NCBI GenBank assembly: GCA_905178155.1
Contig: CAJINV010000011.1
Location: forward strand, 297,255 to 304,357
Length of the DNA: 7,103 bases
Source: Amoebophrya sp. A120
Lineage: Eukaryota; Protista; Dinoflagellata
Direction: 5' to 3'
This document shows, piece by piece, positions 1 through 7,103 of this stretch (positions are counted from its first letter, which is position 1; each line of letters begins with the position of its first letter). The notes under the pieces were generated by a model. The model was not told the DNA's origin, did not search any database, and worked only from the letters and a program-made list of their open reading frames with translations. A program made the translations under genes and the position numbers.

Positions 1-39
1 TCGCCCCGAAGCCACCTTCCCGGGCCCGGGCCCGGCTTG

Positions 40-592
40 GGTGAAGCTTCTGGGAGAGAAGCCAAAGTGGCACCATCCAGAGAGGAAGCCTTTACCCGGG
101 CGGCTGCGACCTTTGAATAATTTCACCATTCCCTCGTGCAAAGCTTACGAAACAGGCGCCAAAGTGGCGCCGTCCGGAACGCCCTCGCTTGGGCGGTTGC
201 GACCTTTGAATAATTTCGCCATGCCGTCGGGTGAAGCTTCTGAAAGGGAAGCCAAAGTGGCGCCATCCGGAAACCCCCATTTGGGCGGCTGCGACCTTTG
301 AATAATTTCGCCATGCCATCGGGTGAAGCTTCTGAAAGAGAAACCAAAGTGGCGCCATCCGGAAACCCGTCATTTCGGTCGCTGCGACCTTTGAATAATT
401 GCGCCATGCCGTCGGGTGAAGCTTCTTCAAGGGAAGCCAAAGTGGCACCGTCCAGAAAGGAACCCATTATTTGGGCGGCTGCGACCTTTGAATAATTTCA
501 CCATTCCCTCGTGCAAAGCTTGCGAAACAGGCGCCAAAGTGGTGCCGTCCAGAAAGCCCTCGCTTGGGCGGCTGCGACCTTTGAATAATTTT
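40..592 (+). repeat. Satellite array A, left block (~93-bp monomers)
   Basis: The core GGCGGCTGCGACCTTTGAATAATT recurs with its GAC at 108, 201, 293, 386, 483 and 576 (spacing 92-97 bp). Each monomer also carries AAGCTT and CCAAAGTGG(C/T). Confidence 0.97.
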
Positions 593-602
593 GGAAGGTG
601 GC

Positions 603-685
603 GGTATCACGTTTTGACATTTTTGGAATCACGTTTACCCATGGAATCACGTTAACGGAATCACGCTTGCGACGGAATCGCGTTT
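603..685 (+). repeat. Left subterminal motif cluster, 5 x GGAATCACGTT
   Basis: Copies start at 603 (GGTATCACGTT), 625, 643, 657 (GGAATCACGCT) and 674 (GGAATCGCGTT). Confidence 0.93.
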
Positions 686-947
686 GTCTAATCGAGTTGA
701 GAGAGTGAAACAACTCAGACGCCGAAATGCCCACAACGAACGTACCGAAACGAACACCGGGCGGACCCAGCGGTCCGCCGGGACCAATGAATGACGCGGC
801 CCGCCGGCCAAGGCGCTGGCCAACGGGAGCCAGGAGAACCCCAGGGAAGCGGCAGAACAACCGCGCAGGCGGGCAGGGTGCGGGGCCGCCACCTCCCAAG
901 AGCGAAAGGAGAGCCGGCCGGCGGCGGCTGCCCTGGCCGACGACCAG

Positions 948-984
948 AAACCCCAAACCCTACACCCTAAACCCAAGCCCAAAC
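948..984 (+). repeat. Degenerate telomere-type (AAACCCT)n tract inside the element
   Basis: AAACCCC-AAACCCT-ACACCCT-AAACCCA-AGCCCA-AAC. Includes an exact AAACCCTA (955-962) and CCCTAAA (965-971), the complement of TTTAGGG. Confidence 0.7.
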
Positions 985-993
985 ACAGCTTCT

Positions 994-1068
994 AAGCTGA
1001 TTCCATCAACTTGATTCCGCTCTAAACGTGATTCCACAAACGTGATTCCAATTTGAAAACGTGATTCC
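994..1068 (-). repeat. Right subterminal motif cluster, 5 x GGAATCACGTT on the minus strand
   Basis: AACGTGATTCC-like copies end at 1004, 1018, 1035, 1049 and 1068; the outer three are exact. Confidence 0.93.
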
Positions 1069-1078
1069 GCTTCCAACC

Positions 1079-2445
1079 AATAAATTTTTCTATGCCGCTG
1101 GGTGAAGCTTCTGAAAGGGAAGCCAAAGTGGCGCCATCCGGAAACTTCCCATTTGGGCGGCTGCGACCTTTGAATAATTTCGCCATGCCATCGGGTGAAG
1201 CCTCTGAAAGAGAAACCAAAGTGGCGCCATCCGGAAACCCTTCATTTGGGTGGCTGCGACCTTTGAATAATTGCGCCATGCCGTCGGATGAAGCTTCTTC
1301 ACGGAAAGCCAAAGTGGCACCGTCCAGAGAGAAAGCCTTTATTTGGGCGGCTGCGACCTTTGAATAATTTTACCATTCCCTCGTGCAAAGCTCACGAGAC
1401 GGGCGCCAACGTGGCGCCGTCCGGAAAGGGAGCCCTCATTTGGGCGGCTGCGCCTGCGACCTTTGAATAATTGCGCCATGCCGTCGGGTCAAGCTTCTTC
1501 AAGGGAAGCCAGAGTGGCACCGTCCAGAAAGGAAGCCCTGACTTGGGCGGCTGCGACCTTTGAATAATTTCACCATTCCCTCGTGCAAAGCTTACGAAAC
1601 GGCCGCCCAAGTGGCGCCGTCTGAAAAGCCTCCATATGCGCGGCTGCGACCTTTGTATAATTCTACCATGCCCTCGGGTGAAGCTTCTGAAAGACAAGCC
1701 AAAGTGGCGCCACCAGGAAATTCTCTGTTTTGGCCGCTGCGACCTTTGAAATAATTTTGCCATGTCGTTGGGTGAAACTTCTGAAAGGGAAGCCAAAATG
1801 ACGCCATCCGGAAATTCCCCACTTGGGCGGCTGCGACCTTTGAATAATTGCGCCATGCCGTCGGATGAAGGTTCTTCAAGGAAAGCCAAAGTGGCACCGT
1901 CCAGGCAGGGTCTTTATTTGGGCGGCTGCGAACAACTTTGAATAATTTCACCATTCCCTCGCGCAAAGCTCACGAAACGGGCGCCAACGTTGCGCCGTCC
2001 GAAACGAAAGCCCTCATTTGGGCGGGTGCGACCTTTGAATAATTGCGCCATGCCGGCGGGTGAAGCTTCTTCAAGGGAAGCGAAAGTGGCACCGTCCAGA
2101 AAGGAAGCCCTTTTTGGGTGGCTGCGACCTTTGAATAATTTCACCATTCCCTCGTGCAAAGCTTACAAAACGGTCGCCCAAGTGGCGCCGTCTGAAAAGC
2201 CCCCATTGGGACGGCTGCGACCTTTGAATATTTCTCGCCTGCCCTCAGGTGAAGCTTCTGAGAGGGAATCCAAAGTGGCGCCATCCGCAAACTCCCCATT
2301 TGGGCGGCTGTGACCTTTGAATAATTTTGCTATGCCGTCGCGTGAAGCTTCTGAAAGGGAAGCCAAAGTGGCGCCATCCGGAAAGCCTGCATTTTGGCGG
2401 CGGCGACCTTTGAATAATTTCGCCAGGCCTTCGGGATACGCTTCT
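1079..2445 (+). repeat. Satellite array A, right block
   Basis: Same core at 1165, 1258, 1355, 1458, 1555, 1648, 1741, 1835, ~1932, 2030, 2126, 2219, 2312 and 2405. Confidence 0.97.
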
Positions 2446-5400
2446 GCCCCACGTCCCACCCTGGATGCTGTGCTTGCCCCCCCCCACCAAGCCGGGACTC
2501 ACGCCCGACCCCCGGATGCTGTGCTTGCCCCATGTCCCACCAGCCGGGGCTCGCGCCCGGTCGGTCCCGAGATGCGGCGCTTGCCCAATGTGATGTCCCA
2601 CCAGCCGGGGCTCACGCCCGGTCCCCGGATGCTGCGCTTGCCAAATCAATGTGATGTCCCACCAGCCGGGGCTCAAGCCCGATCCCTGGATACTGTGCTT
2701 GCCCCGTGTCCCACCAGCCGGGGCTCGTGCTGCTGCCGCCCCCTATCCCAAGAGACGGGGCTCGTGCTGCTGCCGCATGTCCCATGAGACGGGGCTCGCG
2801 CCCGGTCCATGGAGGCGGCGCTACTGCCCATGTCCCATGAGACGGGGCTCGTGCTGCTGCCCCCTGTCCCATGAGACGGGGCTCGCGCCCGGTCCCGGGC
2901 GGCCGTGCTGCTGCCTCGTGTCCCATGAGACGGGGCTCGTGCTGCTGCCCCCTGCCCCATGAGACGGGGCTCGCGGGCGCCCGGTCCCGGGAGGCCGTGG
3001 TGCTGCCTCGTGTCCCATGAGACGGGGCGCGTGCTCCTGCCCACTGGACTGTCCCATGAGACGGGGCTCGTGCTGCTGCCCCCTGTCCCATGAGACGGGG
3101 CTCGTGCTGCTGCCCCCTGTCCCATGAGACGGGGCTCGTGCTGCTGCCCCTTGTCCCATGAGACGGGGCTCGCACGCGCGCCGGGAGGCCGTGCTGCTGC
3201 CTCGTGTCCCATGAGACGGGGCTCATGCTGCTGCCCATGTCCCATGAGACGGGGCTCGTGCGGCTGCTTCTTGTGCCATGCGACGGGGCTCGTGCTGCTG
3301 CCCCCCGTCCCATGAGACGGGGCTCGTGCTGCTGCCCCCTGTCCTATGAGACGGGGCTCGTGCTGCTGCGCCCTGTCCCATGAGACGGGGCTCGTGCTGC
3401 TGCCCCCGGTGTCCCATGAGACGGGGCTCGTGCTGCTGCCCCGTGTCCCATGGGACGGGGCTCGTGCTGCTGCCCCTTGTCCCATGAGACGGGGCTCGCG
3501 CCCTGTCCCGGGAGGCCGTGCTGCTGCCTCGTGTCGCATGAGACGGGGCTCGTGCTGCTGCCCCATGTCCCATGAGACGGGGCTCGTGCTGCTGCCCCCT
3601 GTCCCATGAGACGGGGCTTGTGCTGCTACCCCCTGTCCCATGAGACGGGGCTCGCGCCCGGACCCAGGAGGCCGTGCTGCTGCACCATTTCCCATGAGAC
3701 GGGGCTCGCACCCTGTCCCTAGAGGCGGTGCTTCTGCCCATGTCCCATGAGACGGGGCTCGTGCTGCTGTCCCCTGTCCCATGAGACGGGGCTCGCGCCC
3801 GGTCCCGGGAACCCGTGCTGCTGCCTCGTGTCCCATGACACGGGGCTCGTGCTGCTGCCCCGTGTCCCATGAGACGGGGCTCGCGCCCGGTCCCAGGAGG
3901 CGGTGCTGTTGCCCATGTCCCATGAGACGGGGCTCGTGCTGCTGCCCCATGTCCCATGAGACGGGGCTCGTGCTGCTGCCCCCTGTCCCATGAGACGGGG
4001 CTTGTGCTGCTACCCCCTGTCCCATGAGACGGGGCTCGCGCCCGGACCCAGGAGGCCGTGCTGCTGCACCATTTCCCATGAGACGGGGCTCGCACCCTGT
4101 CCCTAGAGGCGGTGCTTCTGCCCATGTCCCATGAGACGGGGCTCGTGCTGCTGTCCCCTGTCCCATGAGACGGGGCTCGCGCCCGGTCCCGGGAACCCGT
4201 GCTGCTGCCTCGTGTCCCATGACACGGGGCTCGTGCTGCTGCCCCGTGTCCCATGAGACGGGGCTCGCGCCCGGTCCCAGGAGGCGGTGCTGTTGCCCAT
4301 GTCCCATGAGACGGGGCTCGTGCTGCTGCCCCATGTCCCATGAGACGGGGCTCGTGCTGCTGCCCCCTGTCCCATGAGACGGGGCTCGTGCTGCTACCCG
4401 CTGTCCCATGAGACGGGGCTCGCGCCCGGACCCAGGAGGCCGTGCTGCTGCACCATGTCCCATGAGACGGGGCTCGCGTCCGGACCCAGGAGGCCGTGCT
4501 GCTGCCCCGTGTCCCATGAGACGGGGCTCGCGCCAGATCCCCGGACGCTGTGCTTGGCCGGCCCATGTCCCACCAGACGGGGCCCGCGCCCGATCCCCGG
4601 ATGCTGTGCTTGCATGCCCTGTGTCCCACCAGCCGGTGCCCGCGCCCGATCCCCGGATGCTGTGCTTGCCGTGTGTCCCACTAGCCGGGGCTCGCGTCCG
4701 GTCCTCGGATGTCCCACTAGCCGGGGCTCGGATTGTCCCACTAGCTGGGGCGCGGATGTCCCACTAGCCGGGCGGGGCTCGGATTGTCCCACTAGCCGGG
4801 GCTCGGTTTGTCCTCGGATGTCCCACGGGCCGGGGCCTCGGATGTCCCACTAGCCGGGGCTCGGATTGTCCCACTAGCCGGGGCGCCCGGTCCTCGGATG
4901 TCCCACTAGCCGGGGCTCGGATTGTCCCACTAGCCGGGGCTCGGATTGCCCTCGCGCCCGGTCCTCGGATGTCCCACTAGCCGGGGCTCGCGCCCGTTCC
5001 CGAGATGCTGTGCTTGCCCTGTGTCCCACCAGCCGGGGCTCTCGCCCGATCTCCGGATGCTGTGTCTTGCCCTGTGTCCCACTAGCCGGGGCTTGCGCCC
5101 GGTCCCGAGATGCTGTGCTTGCCCTGTGTCCCACTAGCCGGGCCCGGGGCTCACGCCCGATCTCCGGATGCTTTGCTTGCCCCATGTCCCACCAGCCGGG
5201 GCTCGCGCCCGGTCCTCGGACGCTTTGCTTGCCCCCTGTCCCACCAGCCGGGGCTCGCGCTCGATCTCCGGATGGTGCGTCTTGCCCTGTGTCCCACCCG
5301 CCGGGGCTCGCGCCCGGTCCCGAGATGCTGTGCTTGCCCTGTGTCCCACCAGCCGGGGATCACGCCCGGTCCCCGGATGCTTTGTCTTGCCCTGTGTCCC

Positions 5401-5616
5401 ACTAGCCGGGGCTCGCGCCCGGTCCCGAGATGCTGTGCTTGCCCTGTGTCCCACCAGCCGGGGCGCACGCCTGGTCCCCGGGTTCTGTGCTTGCTTCATG
5501 TCCCACCCGCCGGAGCTCGCGCCCGGTCCCGAGATGCTATGCTGTGCTTGCCCTGTGTCCGACCAGCCGGGGCTCGCGCCCGGGCCCCGGGTGCTGCGCT
5601 TGCCCAATGTGATGTC
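2446..5616 (+). repeat. Minisatellite array B (core TGTCCCA-tgaga/ccagc/ctagc-CGGGGCTCG)
   Basis: A ~21-bp core followed by related linkers. Units are ~55 bp at the flanks, 34 and 53-54 bp in the centre (~2745-4530) and 23-24 bp at ~4710-4950. Confidence 0.97.
3537..4386 (+). repeat. Exact 384-bp higher-order tandem duplication in array B (9 monomers, ~2.2 copies)
   Basis: Cores at 3537, 3571, 3605, 3639, 3693, 3746, 3780, 3834, 3868 and 3921 give spacings 34,34,34,54,53,34,54,34,53 = 384. Private variants (GGCTTG, CATTTCCC, CCTAGAGG, GACAC) recur at +384. ORFs 3719..3991 and 4103..4375 translate identically. Confidence 0.95.
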
Positions 5617-7103
5617 AAAAGAAAGCTGCCCCCTTCCGGCCCAGAATTAGGTCGGTGCGCTCCCAAATGAAGGCGGCGCTTTGGGTTGCCGAAAATGACC
5701 CCCCCGGCCCAGAGTTAGGTCGGTGCGCCCCCAAATGAAGGCGGGCTTCCCGGGATCCCCGAAATTGCCGCCTTCTGGCCCAGAATTAGGTCGGTGCGCC
5801 CCCAAATGAAGGCGGCCTTTTGGGTTGCCGAATATGCCCCCCCTCGCCCAGAATTAGGTCGGTGCGCCCCCAAATGAAGGCCGCCTTTTGGGTTGCCGAA
5901 AATGCCCCCCCCCTGGCCCGGCGTTAGGTCGGTGCGCCCCCAAATGCAGGCGGGGCCTTCCGGGATGCCAAAAATTGCCCCCTTCTGGCCCAGAATTAGG
6001 TCGGTGCGCCCCCAAATGAAGGCGGCCTTTTGGGTTGCCCAAAATGCCCCCCCCTCGGTCGCCCAGAATTAGGTCGGTGCGCCCCAAAATGAAGGCGGCC
6101 ATTATTTGGGCTGCCGAAAATGACCGACCCCCCCCTTTGCCAGAATTAGGTGGGTGCGCCCCCAAATGAAGGCGGGCCTTCCGGGATGCCAAACGCTGCC
6201 CCCTTCTGGCCCAGAATTAGGTCGGTGCGCCCCCAAATGAAGGCGGCCTTTTGGGCTGCCGAAAATGATTCCCCTGGCCCAGGGCTAGGTCGGTGCGCCC
6301 CCAAATGAAGGCGGGCCTTTCGGGATTCCAAAAACTGCCCCCTTCTGGCCCCGAATTAGGTCGGTGCGCCCCCAAATGAAGGCGGCCTTTTGGGTTGCCG
6401 AAAATGGCCCCCCCCTGGCCCAGAGCTAGGTCGGTGCGCCCCCAAATGAAGGCGGGCCTTCCGGGATGCCAAAAATGACTTCCCTCTGGCCCAGAATTAG
6501 GTCGGTGCGCCCCCAAATGAAGGCGGCCTTTTGGGTTACCGAAAATGCCCCCCCCCCTCGCCCAGAATTAGGTCGGTGCGCCCCCAAGTGAGAGCGGCCA
6601 TTTCGGTTGCCGAAAATGACCCCCCCTGGCCCCGAGTTAGGTCGGTGCGCCCCCAAATGGCGGCGGGCTTCCCGGGATGCCAAAAATTGGCCCCTTCGTT
6701 CTGGCCCGGAATTAGGTCGGTGCGCCCCCAAATGAAGGCGGCCTTTTGGGTTGCGGAAAATGCCCCCCCTCGCCCAGAATTAGGGCGGTGCGCCCCCAAG
6801 TGAAGGCGGCCTTTCGGGTTGCCGAAAGGGACCTCCCCTGGCCCAGAGGTAGGTCGGTGCGCCCCCAAATGAAGGCGGGCCTTCCGGGATGCCAAAAGCT
6901 GCCCCCTCCGGCCCAGAATTAGGTCTGTGCGCCCCCATAAATGAAGGCGGCCATTTGGTTTGCCGAAAATGCCCCCCCCCGGCCCAGAGTTAGGTCGGTG
7001 CGCCCCAAATGAAGGCGGGCTTTCCGGGATGCCAAAAATTGCCCCCTTCTGGCCCGGAATTAGGTCGGTGCGCCCCCAAGCGAAGGCGGCCTTTTGGGTT
7101 GCC
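5617..7103 (+). repeat. Satellite array C (~70-bp monomers), running off the window end
   Basis: The core GGCCCAGAATTAGGTCGGTGCGCCCCCAAATGAAGGCGG has its TAGG at 5648, 5716, 5787 and onward to 6991 and 7061 (21 copies, spacing 68-77 bp). Two linker subtypes are present. Confidence 0.97.

Larger units (their letters stand above)
593..1078. mobile_element. Non-autonomous TIR DNA transposon (MITE), Mutator-like, 486 bp
   Basis: Left end GGAAGGTGGCGGTATCACGTTTT aligns without gaps to the reverse complement of the right end, GGTTGGAAGCGGAATCACGTTTT (18/23). Flanks are AATAATTTT (584-592) and AATAAATTT (1079-1087), an 8/9 match. The satellite monomer resumes in register after the insertion. No transposase ORF. 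A 9-bp TSD with G...C ends is typical of Mutator/MULE elements. Confidence 0.85.

Noticed and set aside
727-1014. 95-aa ORF in the MITE as a transposase or cargo gene
   Set aside because: Short, low-complexity Pro/Arg/Gly sequence that reads through the telomere-like tract into the TIR motifs; no DDE or DNA-binding motif is visible.
41-2459. ORFs in array A as a 31-aa repeat protein
   Set aside because: Monomers of 92, 94, 97 and 103 bp break the frame repeatedly, and ORFs overlap on both strands with no preferred frame.
2745-4530. CRISPR array (constant ~21-bp repeat with variable spacers)
   Set aside because: The spacers are 13 or ~33 bp and homologous to one another. No leader or cas gene is visible.
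2673-4629. Long minus-strand ORFs (614 aa and 468 aa) as protein-coding genes
   Set aside because: The B unit lacks stop codons on the minus strand in any frame. Units of 34 and 53 bp shift the frame, so the same three peptides (ARAPSHGT, SPVSWD, EPRLMG) alternate in all frames. No recognisable domain.
4560-5470. CTCF-like sites (CCACCAG/CCACTAG...GGGGC)
   Set aside because: Spacing and bases after CCASYAG (CCGGGGC) do not fit the RKGGC consensus, and nothing here indicates an animal host.
464-6111. Direct 13-mer CCATTATTTGGGC shared by A (464-476) and C (6099-6111)
   Set aside because: It occurs once in each array as a non-consensus variant, and one 13-mer match in 7 kb is compatible with chance.
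5640-7103. CRISPR array (~39-bp repeat plus ~31-bp spacer)
   Set aside because: The period is CRISPR-like, but the spacers fall into only two recurring types and the repeats are variable. This is a satellite.
1-7103. rDNA intergenic spacer subrepeats or a viral repeat region
   Set aside because: Abutting GC-rich subrepeat blocks would be compatible, but no rRNA or viral gene sequence is present to support either. Flanking sequence is needed.

Overview
A non-coding, GC-rich window made almost entirely of three abutting tandem arrays. Array A is a ~93-bp satellite (~40-2445, 20 cores), array B a 23/34/54-bp minisatellite (~2446-5616), and array C a ~70-bp satellite (~5617 to the window end, 21 cores). 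Array A is interrupted by a 486-bp non-autonomous TIR element (593-1078) with GG...CC ends, an 8/9-identical 9-bp target-site duplication and five inverted GGAATCACGTT motifs at each end, which is Mutator-like. It also carries degenerate AAACCCT telomere-type heptamers, pointing to a eukaryotic host (inference). Arrays A and C share a bipartite motif, CCTTCATTTGGG-N6/7-CGACCT, in opposite orientations either side of B. The window may therefore be the interior of a large foldback-style composite repeat or mobile element. No credible protein-coding gene, RNA gene or CRISPR array is present; the listed ORFs are by-products of the repeats.
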